From a virus, in IMG/VR virus record IMGVR_UViG_3300045988_151219, positions 64,001-128,000 of that record: DNA of 64,000 bases, one strand, 5' to 3'. The notes under the pieces are model-generated. The model was not told the origin of the DNA. It did not search any database and worked only from the letters and a program-made list of their open reading frames with translations. Numbering within the stretch: position 1 is the stretch's first letter; each line of letters starts with the position of its first letter. Of this stretch, positions 44,372 through 52,661 are shown in pieces. The translations under genes and the position numbers were made by a program.

Positions 44372-44773
44372 TTACTCCTCCATGCCTAATTTCTTGCAAA
44401 GCTCATCTATGTGAGCTTCAGCTTCTTCTTTTGTACGGAAACAATTTCCAGCATATCTATTTACCTGATGTCTTACACTATCTTTTTCAAAAATACACTG
44501 TCCAATTTTCTTATCAGAAGTGATAAAGTAATACAAATTTCCATCAGGAGGATTATATGGAGTATATGATAAAGCTACAGACTCCCATTCACTAATAAAT
44601 CTACTCCAGAAAGGATAATATTCCCATTTATCATTACTTTTTACATAAAGTAACTTATGACTAAATTTAAAAGTAAATGTGAAAGCATGCTCAAAAGTAG
44701 CTGTAAATTCTTCCTCTTCACTAACTCCAATCTTTTTTCTTAAATTTTCTAACACTTCTTCTCTATAAGTCAT
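44372..44773 (-). CDS. GNCF-family paralog 3 (uncharacterised)
   Basis: 133 aa. MTYREEVLENLRKKIGV... and YAGNCFRTKEEAEAHIDELCKKL. Confidence 0.65.
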   Translation of the reverse strand: MTYREEVLENLRKKIGVSEEEEFTATFEHAFTFTFKFSHKLLYVKSNDKWEYYPFWSRFISEWESVALSYTPYNPPDGNLYYFITSDKKIGQCIFEKDSVRHQVNRYAGNCFRTKEEAEAHIDELCKKLGMEE

Positions 44774-44803
44774 CTTGTCCTCCTAATAACCCTAAGCTGT
44801 ACA

Positions 44804-44812
44804 ATATTATAC
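44804..44812 (-). promoter_or_regulatory. GTATAATAT element, site 6
   Basis: Minus strand reads aattaaataGTATAATATtgtacagc, about 30 nt upstream of ATG 44773. Confidence 0.4.
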
Positions 44813-44973
44813 TATTTAATTGAGTCAATCTTCTCTTTTATTTCAACTATTTCTTTATAAATCACTTCTTCATTGTTTAACCTCTCATGATGTAACTCTT
44901 TTATTAACTCCACCAGCTTTTGTGTTCTGTCATCTATTTGTTGTCTTAGTTGAAAATAATGATAGTCGTCCAT
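44812..44973 (-). CDS. Small coiled-coil ORF (53 aa), below the track threshold
   Basis: ATG 44973 preceded by AGGAGG. MDDYHYFQLRQQIDDRTQKLVELIKELHHERLNNEEVIYKEIVEIKEKIDSIK, then TAG. A 30-aa hydrophobic ORF (44973..45065) overlaps it as TAATG. Confidence 0.35.
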   Translation of the reverse strand: MDDYHYFQLRQQIDDRTQKLVELIKELHHERLNNEEVIYKEIVEIKEKIDSIK

Positions 44974-45110
44974 TAAGGAACCTCCTTACATAAACCAGAA
45001 AGATAATATACAAAGGATAACAAAATAAATAACAAAAAAGATAAATTTTTCAGACGGCTTCCCATCTATAAACCCTGACGCTAATACTATTGATAATATT
45101 AAGTTTAAAA

Positions 45111-45686
45111 TTATTTTTCCCTCAACTTATTCTCTAATTCTGATACTCGCTCTTCTAACTTTTCTATTAAGATATTCTGCTCTTTAATATCTCTTTCTCT
45201 CTTTTGAAAAGAGATTTCTAAGCACCTAAGCAGTAACTCAAGAGTCGCCGGAAAATCTATGCTCGTTTTAAACACCGCAGAAGCTTTAAATCCCCTTGAA
45301 GCTACTTCTCGTAAATATTTAATATACTTTTCTAAAACTGTAAGACTTGTTTTTTCATTAGACATTCTTTCTTCCGCTAAATATCTCTTATCAATTTCCT
45401 TATCAAATAAAGTCTCTAAATTAAACATTAAAGCTAAATATTGACTATCTATATAAAGACTATTTCCAATATTATCAAAAAACTTATTAATTCTAAGTTT
45501 TAGTTCTTTATATTTTTCTTCCAATATTTCTGCTTTAACTGTTAAATCAGCTAATAGTTTAAATACTTCTTCCTTAATATCATTAAATTCCTGTTCCTGC
45601 TCTTTGTTAAATGGAAATCTCTGTTCAAGGATACTCTTTACACCAGAAAATACTTTTTGTAATTTCTCGTTATCTTGACTCTGCAT
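45111..45686 (-). CDS. Coiled-coil hypothetical protein
   Basis: 191-aa ORF. First gene after consensus promoter copy c. Confidence 0.6.
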   Translation of the reverse strand: MQSQDNEKLQKVFSGVKSILEQRFPFNKEQEQEFNDIKEEVFKLLADLTVKAEILEEKYKELKLRINKFFDNIGNSLYIDSQYLALMFNLETLFDKEIDKRYLAEERMSNEKTSLTVLEKYIKYLREVASRGFKASAVFKTSIDFPATLELLLRCLEISFQKRERDIKEQNILIEKLEERVSELENKLREK

Positions 45687-45723
45687 AATATTCCTCCCAA
45701 TAAATAAATTATTTTATATTTAG

Positions 45724-45752
45724 ATTATAAACTATATTGTAAATTATGTCAA
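45724..45752 (-). promoter_or_regulatory. Consensus sigma-70-type promoter, copy c
   Basis: Minus strand reads cTTGACAtaatttacaatatagttTATAATc, with a 17-nt spacer. Confidence 0.75.
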
Positions 45753-45765
45753 GTTCTTCTAAAAT

Positions 45766-45794
45766 AAAAACACTTAAAATATCTAAGTGTTTTT
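45766..45794 (-). terminator. Rho-independent terminator after 45812..46354
   Basis: Perfect 11-bp stem aaaaacactta/taagtgttttt with a 7-nt loop, flanked by A/T runs. Confidence 0.65.
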
Positions 45795-45811
45795 ATTGTT
45801 ACTATTATATA

Positions 45812-46354
45812 CTATTGTCTATTCAACGAATTTTTGATTTCCTGGAAGTCATCAATTAACCCAGAAAACTTTCCTATATACTTATCTAAGTATTTATTAT
45901 ATCTACTAACAAACTTCTTAATTAGACGTTCTTTTACTTTCTCCTTACCTATTCTAAAATCAAAAGTATCCCCTTCAGCTAAAATAGTCCTTGCTCTTAA
46001 AGTATGTAATTTATCAATATCATTATCCCTAATAAGAACATCTCCTAAGCCATAAGCTTCTGCTAACATGTTTATAGAAATCATTATTGGAGAATCTACA
46101 CTCTCAAATTTCATCTCACCTAAATGTTGTAATGTGTAGTGAGTTGCTTCCCCTACTATTAAGGTTTTATTGTACTTAAAATCTACATAAACAATGAGTC
46201 TATAATAAATAGAAACTCCTATCTCATTTAGTCTGATAACTTCTGCATAAGTATCCGAATGAATAGGAACTCCTTGACTTTTAGAAAGCTCCATAATATC
46301 AGTCTTTATTCCATTATGTAAAACTTCTACAGGTGATGTAAACATATCTTCCAC
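45812..46354 (-). CDS. Hypothetical protein, D-x-F-D...G family member
   Basis: AEGDTFDFRIGKEKVKERLIKKFVSRYNKYLDKY near the C-terminus. Confidence 0.55.
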   Translation of the reverse strand: MEDMFTSPVEVLHNGIKTDIMELSKSQGVPIHSDTYAEVIRLNEIGVSIYYRLIVYVDFKYNKTLIVGEATHYTLQHLGEMKFESVDSPIMISINMLAEAYGLGDVLIRDNDIDKLHTLRARTILAEGDTFDFRIGKEKVKERLIKKFVSRYNKYLDKYIGKFSGLIDDFQEIKNSLNRQ

Positions 46355-47065
46355 TTACTGATTATAAAAAATATCATTTATTTCTTCTTTCATAACTTCT
46401 ATCTTCATTTTCATATTGTGGTTTGCTCTTTTAAACATTCCGCAAGTCTCATCTAAATTATGAAAGTACCTGTCCAGAACTCGCAACAGCTTCTCAATAA
46501 AACGTGATTCAATTAATTTCAAACCATATTCTAAATCAAAGACATCTTCCGGAGCTGTAACAGCTTTAGTCTTTAGAGAAATAGAGTTAAATGACATTTT
46601 CCCCGTATAATCAACATTTACTCCCCCAACATTATAATAGTAATCTTTAAGAGCTTTCCCTATCAAAACTTCTACTTTCTCTTTAGAAGGAACATCTCTA
46701 TAAAAGATATCTTTCACTTTTGCAGCAATGATAACTCTTCCCTGGCTATCTTTGTTGATAGTATATCTATAGACAAAATGCAGACCTAGAATAAAGTCAA
46801 AAGATTTAAAAGCAGTAAGACATTCTACTTTAGACCGGTCTACAGCTTGTGCTGCCTTTTCTTCTTTTTTCTCTAAATCAAAGACACCTACTGTGGATAA
46901 GTCAAAAGTATTTGTACTAATTTCTTCATCCCCTAAGATTTCAATTTTATCTCCAGGAAATGTTTTCTCCAACAGATGAATCCTTTTCTGTATTTCAAAA
47001 TCATCTAATCCTAAAATAGTTGCTTCTTTCTTTCCGCCGATAGATACTTTTACCTTGACAGCCAT
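46355..47065 (-). CDS. Hypothetical protein, D-x-F-D...G family member
   Basis: APEDVFDLEYGLKLIESRFIEKLLRVLDRY near the C-terminus. Confidence 0.55.
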   Translation of the reverse strand: MAVKVKVSIGGKKEATILGLDDFEIQKRIHLLEKTFPGDKIEILGDEEISTNTFDLSTVGVFDLEKKEEKAAQAVDRSKVECLTAFKSFDFILGLHFVYRYTINKDSQGRVIIAAKVKDIFYRDVPSKEKVEVLIGKALKDYYYNVGGVNVDYTGKMSFNSISLKTKAVTAPEDVFDLEYGLKLIESRFIEKLLRVLDRYFHNLDETCGMFKRANHNMKMKIEVMKEEINDIFYNQ

Positions 47066-47082
47066 TTCTTTTTCTCCTCTTG

Positions 47083-47700
47083 TTAATTCTTTTTGACAGG
47101 TTTAATCTCCAAAATCATATCATGCAAACTATTTTTCTTCTTAAAAAGATAAAATTCATATGCTTTTAAAACTCGCAAAAGAACTTTGTCCATCTTTTCA
47201 AAAAGACGCTTCTTAATTAACTCTACTCCTGTAGCGTAAATAAATAAGTCGTGCGGGTCACAATCTACTTTGATTTTAAGACTCGGTAGATTATACTTTT
47301 TAAAATCAGCAACATGTAATAACACAGGAACAGAATTTTTCTGATTATTAAAGTAATCAGTTACAGCAAACATGCAAATTTCCTGTAAAGTCATTGCTGT
47401 GACATCTTCTTTATTTAAATAAATATTTGTCACTTTACCAACAAGTCTTTTTACTTTATCAGGACGATTCATAACCTGATTGATTTTAACTTTAATATTA
47501 ATCCCCATACGGTACTTAAAAGTATAGGTATCAATATAAGTTTTGTAATCCACATCTTCAAGTAAAGAGTTAAAAAGCTCAATATCTTCTTTCCCTACTG
47601 AATCCGTTTCTTTCACTCTTTCAAGAAAATCACTCAAGCCTTTAGCTAAGGTCTTGAGTTTCTCCGGTGATAATTTCTTTCTTGTCATTTTCTCCTCCAC
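47083..47700 (-). CDS. Hypothetical protein, D-x-F-D...G family member
   Basis: DPHDLFIYATGVELIKKRLFEKMDKVLLRVLKAY near the C-terminus. Confidence 0.55.
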   Translation of the reverse strand: MEEKMTRKKLSPEKLKTLAKGLSDFLERVKETDSVGKEDIELFNSLLEDVDYKTYIDTYTFKYRMGINIKVKINQVMNRPDKVKRLVGKVTNIYLNKEDVTAMTLQEICMFAVTDYFNNQKNSVPVLLHVADFKKYNLPSLKIKVDCDPHDLFIYATGVELIKKRLFEKMDKVLLRVLKAYEFYLFKKKNSLHDMILEIKPVKKN

Positions 47701-47718
47701 AAATTACAAATAACCCCT

Positions 47719-47795
47719 TTAGTTCAGAATCAAATTCATAAACAACTTTATAAACTTGAGTCTGAACTAACAGTACGGCATAACCGTTAGTTCAG
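47719..47795 (-). promoter_or_regulatory. Three copies of a 10-nt element in alternating orientation in the 5' region of 47083..47700
   Basis: ttagttcaga (47719-28), its complement tctgaactaa (47761-70), and gttagttcag (47786-95). The middle copy can pair with either flanking copy. Confidence 0.4.
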
Positions 47796-47864
47796 TTTAT
47801 TATAAGAGATTTACCCTGGACAGGATTAAATAAGTAAACCTCTTACATATAATATACGATAGAA

Positions 47865-48080
47865 TTAATTCTGGTTTTCTTCTTCCCGCTCTTTGATTGA
47901 TTTATCCAAAGCTTCTGCTTCTTCATAAGGGTCATCAAACGCAGGGGCTGCCGGAATTTCAGCATTGTCTCCTGTTTTAGGACCCCACTTAGCTTCAGAT
48001 TCTTCTCTCTTTCTAAGTGCTTCTGCCTCTTCTTCCGGTGTGTCGAAAACTTCGTTGTAATACTGTCCTTCTTTTTCCAT
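47865..48080 (-). CDS. Small acidic protein
   Basis: 71 aa, rich in Glu/Ala/Pro. Confidence 0.5.
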   Translation of the reverse strand: MEKEGQYYNEVFDTPEEEAEALRKREESEAKWGPKTGDNAEIPAAPAFDDPYEEAEALDKSIKEREEENQN

Positions 48081-48092
48081 GACTAATCTCTC

Positions 48093-48410
48093 CTATCTAT
48101 AAATAAAAACTTGTTTAACTCGCCTACCCCATTCAATAGCCCGCTGGTAATCGTGCATAAATATATCTACGCAACCATCGATACCACAGATATCATTGAC
48201 GATATAATCAATTCCATCTATCTGAATTTTTGTTCCTAACGGAAGAAAGTTGCAAGCAACCCCTCCTTCATAAGGGATTTCACCTGTTGCTGTAGGATTA
48301 CTATATGTTTCTACACCTGTGTAAGCTGATGTCTCAACTGTAATCCATTCTGCATAAGAAGGAGCAAAGCATCCAGAAACTATTAAAAGAGATAATATGA
48401 ATTTCAACAT
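48093..48410 (-). CDS. Secreted 3D-domain protein (MltA/RlpA-like cell-wall hydrolase fold)
   Basis: Signal-like N-terminus MLKFILSLLIVSGCFAPSYA, then EWITVETSAYTG...TATGEIPYEGGVACNFLPLGTKIQIDGIDYIVNDICG...VDIFM. Confidence 0.6.
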   Translation of the reverse strand: MLKFILSLLIVSGCFAPSYAEWITVETSAYTGVETYSNPTATGEIPYEGGVACNFLPLGTKIQIDGIDYIVNDICGIDGCVDIFMHDYQRAIEWGRRVKQVFIYR

Positions 48411-48543
48411 AAATTAACCACCTTTCTAAAATAGACCGTGTTTTCCATTTCCAGCTGTATTCACTTCTCTATGAAGTTTTGCACTGGATAATCTTCTTTA
48501 GCTGTATCAACCCACCTTTCTTGTCACATAAATTGGAACGTAT

Positions 48544-48552
48544 ATATTATAC
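48544..48552 (-). promoter_or_regulatory. GTATAATAT element, site 7
   Basis: Minus strand reads gaatttataGTATAATATatacgttc, followed by a leader of about 130 nt before ATG 48410. Confidence 0.4.
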
Positions 48553-48559
48553 TATAAAT

Positions 48560-48862
48560 TCAAGTTTTTATCTTCTTTACTGTTACAGAAGACAAATAAT
48601 CTATATAGGGAATAGTTTCTTTTAACTCTTTTATAAATTTACGATAGTCTTGATTAAATACAGGAACCGGTATAGTGTTCAGTACGCCTATCACGCAGAC
48701 TTGATGAACCATGTCATTTTCTGATTTAAGGTAATAAATAGCACTATGATAATCAAAATACCCTTCAGCATATTGAAATGAACGATATAATAAGTTTTTA
48801 AAACTATCTATAGAATCTTTATCTTCCTGCTTAAAGTAAAGCGTCATTGTTACTGTAATCAT
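48560..48862 (-). CDS. Hypothetical protein
   Basis: 100-aa ORF. Confidence 0.5.
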   Translation of the reverse strand: MITVTMTLYFKQEDKDSIDSFKNLLYRSFQYAEGYFDYHSAIYYLKSENDMVHQVCVIGVLNTIPVPVFNQDYRKFIKELKETIPYIDYLSSVTVKKIKT

Positions 48863-48877
48863 TGAAAGCTCCTTATT

Positions 48878-49603
48878 TTAAATATTTTTCATATTTTCAA
48901 TGTATAAAAGGGCTTCTTGATGTCTTTCACAACATTTACATTTTGATTCAGCGTGAATACCAAATAGTTGAACATTACAATCTTCTCTTGCTTCACAAAA
49001 AGTTACTTTATTGTATAAATCATTTTTCTGAAGGTACAAGATAATATCTTCTTTAGAAGTATTATCTAATGGAAAATCTATATTGATATCTTTTATTCCG
49101 TATATTTTAAAAATATTAGAATATATATCTAATATTTCTTTTTTATATTGCGTTGCATCATCATCTTTGATATACCCCATAAATATTTGTATTTTATTCG
49201 GTGGTATAATGATTAATGTACTGGCTATTGATAATATCCATAATACAGGTAAAACCAAATATTTACTATATTTATGTGTTTGATTGGAAGTATATGTTTC
49301 ATGCAATCTACTATCCAAAATAATATCATATATACGGAATCCTTGATTTTTGTATATACTCATAATATCAGAAACACTATGACGTTCCCGAACAAGTATA
49401 CCAGGATATCTAAAAGATGGTATAGAATGATAAGCCAAAAATATATCACATTCATCTTTAAGATGGTTCTTTTCAATTTCTTTACAAAGAATATCAAGAA
49501 TGGTTGTGCTATCACAACCACCCGAAAAGGATATGATAAATGACCGTTTTCCTTGCCTTAGGATATTAGCAATTCGTTCTTGCCCTAAAGATATAGTAGA
49601 CAT
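48878..49603 (-). CDS. QueC-like PP-loop ATPase (7-cyano-7-deazaguanine synthase-like)
   Basis: FIISFSGGCDSTTIL (SGGxDST PP-loop), ...IFMGYIKDD..., DFPLDNTSKEDI, and a C-terminal Cys cluster FCEAREDC...CKCCERH. These parallel the E. coli QueC blocks as I recall them. Confidence 0.55.
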   Translation of the reverse strand: MSTISLGQERIANILRQGKRSFIISFSGGCDSTTILDILCKEIEKNHLKDECDIFLAYHSIPSFRYPGILVRERHSVSDIMSIYKNQGFRIYDIILDSRLHETYTSNQTHKYSKYLVLPVLWILSIASTLIIIPPNKIQIFMGYIKDDDATQYKKEILDIYSNIFKIYGIKDINIDFPLDNTSKEDIILYLQKNDLYNKVTFCEAREDCNVQLFGIHAESKCKCCERHQEALLYIENMKNI

Positions 49604-49611
49604 TTTACTCC

Positions 49612-49980
49612 TTATTTTAAATATTTTTCGATAGAAATTTTATACTTAGACTCAATAATGAAGTTAGCTAAAGAAAGCAACTCTGCCCTAAATACAGATA
49701 TAGGACATGTAGATTCTTTAGCTGAATAGCCTAATTTGCAGCGTAATAAGTTAAAGACTAAATCTCTTTCCATCAAAACTTTATTTGTTTTGAAAATCAA
49801 GATTTCCGCATAACGTTCGTTATAGTCAATATAAGTCTCTTCCGGTAAGAAATCTTCCTCAAAAACAGTCGCTATTTCTACTGTAATATACCAGTGTCTT
49901 AGGTCAAATTTATCTAAGTATTTATCAAACACTTTAGCTAAAATTTTATTCTTTGATAAATCTTTTAACTTTTTAGACAT
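49612..49980 (-). CDS. Hypothetical protein
   Basis: 122-aa ORF. Confidence 0.5.
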   Translation of the reverse strand: MSKKLKDLSKNKILAKVFDKYLDKFDLRHWYITVEIATVFEEDFLPEETYIDYNERYAEILIFKTNKVLMERDLVFNLLRCKLGYSAKESTCPISVFRAELLSLANFIIESKYKISIEKYLK

Positions 49981-49991
49981 TCAGTCTCCTA

Positions 49992-50774
49992 TTAAACGAA
50001 AATTCTGCATAACTTATAGTAATAATAAATAACTGCTGGTAAAAGTAAAAGAGATCCTAAACCTGCACCAAAACTTTCAGGAGAAAATTTAAATAAATTT
50101 AGAATTCCAAACATTGTTGTAGGAACTATTAAAATTCCCCCAATAATAAAAACAGTGATAAGAGTATACCGGATAAAATAGAAAAACTTACTAATATTAC
50201 TATAATCCCCCATCAAAACTTCATCACTGTAAAACTCGTTAAACTTGAAATACTTACACGTACTGTACGGTTCCAAATTAACAATTTTCCGATAGTTTAA
50301 GGTTCTATGAAATTCATTTTCATTATAGTCTGATTTACAATAATCTAAATATTTAAAGTATTTAGAAATAATATTATCGTCCTTGTCGGTATGTAGACAA
50401 GGCTTATCATAGAAATGAATAATTCTATGTTTATTGCTTATAATAGACCTAACACTATCTATTTTAGTAGGAACATAACATTCTGTTTCTGCTAAAGGAA
50501 TATCTGAAAGAGTCTGTTCATAAGCTTCCGCATGACAATTAAGAATACTTTCTAATCTTTCTAAATCTTCCTTCTCTTGAGCTTCATTTATCCAAGACTG
50601 AAACCAACCTACTTTTTCTTCCTTAGGATTTTCCTTAACAGCTTCAACTTGAACTACTTCTGTCTCTTTCTTTTCTTTCTCCTTCTTCTCTTTATTCTTA
50701 CTTGCAAAATAGTTAAAAGCTGTAAGTCCTAAAGAAAGTGTAAGCAGTGTGTTGAAAGTTTCTTTTGAGTACAT
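49992..50774 (-). CDS. Membrane protein (N-terminal TM plus C-terminal TM pair)
   Basis: FNTLLTLSLGLTAFNYF near the N-terminus; LITVFIIGGILIVPTTMFGILNLF and GAGLGSLLLLPAVIYYYY near the C-terminus. First gene after promoter copy d. Confidence 0.6.
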   Translation of the reverse strand: MYSKETFNTLLTLSLGLTAFNYFASKNKEKKEKEKKETEVVQVEAVKENPKEEKVGWFQSWINEAQEKEDLERLESILNCHAEAYEQTLSDIPLAETECYVPTKIDSVRSIISNKHRIIHFYDKPCLHTDKDDNIISKYFKYLDYCKSDYNENEFHRTLNYRKIVNLEPYSTCKYFKFNEFYSDEVLMGDYSNISKFFYFIRYTLITVFIIGGILIVPTTMFGILNLFKFSPESFGAGLGSLLLLPAVIYYYYKLCRIFV

Positions 50775-50826
50775 GATAGTGTCCTTTCTCTTAACAGTAA
50801 ATATTACTAATATATTTTATGTCTGT

Positions 50827-50855
50827 ATTATAATATTTATTGTAATATTTGTCAA
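50827..50855 (-). promoter_or_regulatory. Consensus sigma-70-type promoter, copy d
   Basis: Minus strand reads cTTGACAaatattacaataaatatTATAATa, with a 17-nt spacer. Confidence 0.75.
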
Positions 50856-50861
50856 GTGCTT

Positions 50862-52646
50862 TTAACATTTTTCATAAGCTTCACACCAGTTACTTCCGAA
50901 AGCCCACTCATACTTAAATTTGAAATCTTTATATAAATCTGAAAAATCAAATAAGCTGTCTAAAAGCTCCTCTGCTTGTTTGTCTGTATAAGTCTCCGGA
51001 ACTTCTATCAAGTGACTGTCAAAAACTCCCAACACCCATTGAATGTCTTTAATATCTTTTGTTCTTCTAACTACCATCTTAAAGAAATCAGCACATGAAG
51101 ACTGTATAGCTGTGTTAAAAGCTCTTCGCTCATCAGCAGACTTTTCAGATTCATCAAAAGAATTTATGTTTACTAAAGTACGTCTTCTGCCAATTATCGT
51201 TTCTGTATATCCGTTCTTCCTGGTTTTTGCTATGACTTCATCTCTGAATTTAGCTAATTCCGGAAATAATGAGAAATATTTATTAACTAATTTCTGCCCA
51301 TCTTCGTATGATATATTTAACGCTCTTGCAGTAGCTGCTCCGGCAGAACCAAAAATAGTGCTGAAAGAAACAACTTTAGACACATTTCTTTCTTCTTTAG
51401 AGATTTCTGTTTTACCTAATAATCTTTTGGCTATCTCGGTGTGTAAGTCTACTCCTTTATTAAACCAGTCTAAAAGAGTTTTACAGTTAGAAAGATACGC
51501 TGCTATATAAAGTTCCGCTGATTTCCAGTCCGCATATAAGAATTTATTTCCTTTGTGAGGAATTATACTTTTTCTAAATTCAGCCGGATATGCTGAAACA
51601 ATAGGGTCTTTTACATATACACGACTTGAAGCAGTTCCATACCCAACTGATTCAAATACCGGATGAAAAGCTCCATCATCAGAAACCATTGAAGTTACTT
51701 TCTTTAAAGAGTTCTTGACTGAAAGATTATGTTTCAACTCTAAGATATTCGTTATTATTTTAGAGTTTTCAGTCTCTCCTTTATTAGCTAAGTTTTCAGA
51801 AAGCATATTTAAAGATTGTGCATTGAATGACGGTTTCCCTTTAGGCGATTTTAAAGGTATTTCAAATTTCTTCTCATCTACTAAAAAACTATTTAAATCA
51901 GAAAAAGCGTTAGGTCTGAAAGTTTCTTTCCCTATCTTTTTACAGAAATTATTTAAGTCTATATCATACTTCTTGTTGACTGTATTTTCTATTTCAGTAA
52001 ACTTGTCCGCATCAAAAAGTATTCCTCTTCCACTTGATTTAATAACTTCTGATATAAAGTCAAATTCAAGCTGCAAGACTTTTTTCTGCTGTATTATATT
52101 GTCTTTGTAATATTCCATTATCCTAAACGGTAAGACAGAATCTAAAGCGGAATATTGTAAAACCAGCTTATTTTCTATATCATATCTAAATTTTCCATCT
52201 TCATCAGGTGTAAAAATGTTTTCAAACTTTCGGATAAGAGAAGCTTTTTCCGGATATAAGTTAATAAAAATGTCTTTTAAAGCGTTTAACTCTAATTGAA
52301 AAACTCTTGCCATGATAAAAGTATCAAAGTAAATAGGAACGGCTACTCCAAATTGGTCATATATTCTTGACAAATCAAATTGAAGGTTATGCCCTACTGC
52401 TTTAATACTTGATAAAAAATCTTTCAGAATAGATTTCTCAATATCAGAAAGTTCTGTATATGTGTCTGTTTTATTTGAATATGTTTTTATCGGTATAACT
52501 AAAGAAATATCTTCCTGCAAGTTATATAAAGAAAGTAAAGTTATCGGAGATTTAAAATCCAAACTTTCTGTCTCTATGTCTAATCCTAAATTTTTATTCT
52601 TCCAGGTAGAAGGTATCTCACTCGGTAAAGCTAATTTTATCTGCAT
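50862..52646 (-). CDS. Family-A DNA polymerase, divergent copy (3'-5' exo plus pol domains)
   Basis: Exo I LGLDIETESLD, Exo II GHNLQFDL, Exo III YSALDSVL. Pol motif A LYADWKSAELYIAAY, motif B RNVSKVVSFSTIFG. Motif C reads VLGVFDSHLIEV instead of the usual HDE. Confidence 0.7.
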   Translation of the reverse strand: MQIKLALPSEIPSTWKNKNLGLDIETESLDFKSPITLLSLYNLQEDISLVIPIKTYSNKTDTYTELSDIEKSILKDFLSSIKAVGHNLQFDLSRIYDQFGVAVPIYFDTFIMARVFQLELNALKDIFINLYPEKASLIRKFENIFTPDEDGKFRYDIENKLVLQYSALDSVLPFRIMEYYKDNIIQQKKVLQLEFDFISEVIKSSGRGILFDADKFTEIENTVNKKYDIDLNNFCKKIGKETFRPNAFSDLNSFLVDEKKFEIPLKSPKGKPSFNAQSLNMLSENLANKGETENSKIITNILELKHNLSVKNSLKKVTSMVSDDGAFHPVFESVGYGTASSRVYVKDPIVSAYPAEFRKSIIPHKGNKFLYADWKSAELYIAAYLSNCKTLLDWFNKGVDLHTEIAKRLLGKTEISKEERNVSKVVSFSTIFGSAGAATARALNISYEDGQKLVNKYFSLFPELAKFRDEVIAKTRKNGYTETIIGRRRTLVNINSFDESEKSADERRAFNTAIQSSCADFFKMVVRRTKDIKDIQWVLGVFDSHLIEVPETYTDKQAEELLDSLFDFSDLYKDFKFKYEWAFGSNWCEAYEKC

Positions 52647-52661
52647 AATTTCTCCTATATT

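Noticed and set aside
48411-48552. A ydaO/c-di-AMP riboswitch upstream of the 3D-domain gene.
   Set aside because: The association with cell-wall hydrolases prompted the idea. However, the GC-rich conserved cores of that motif are not visible in this AT-rich leader.
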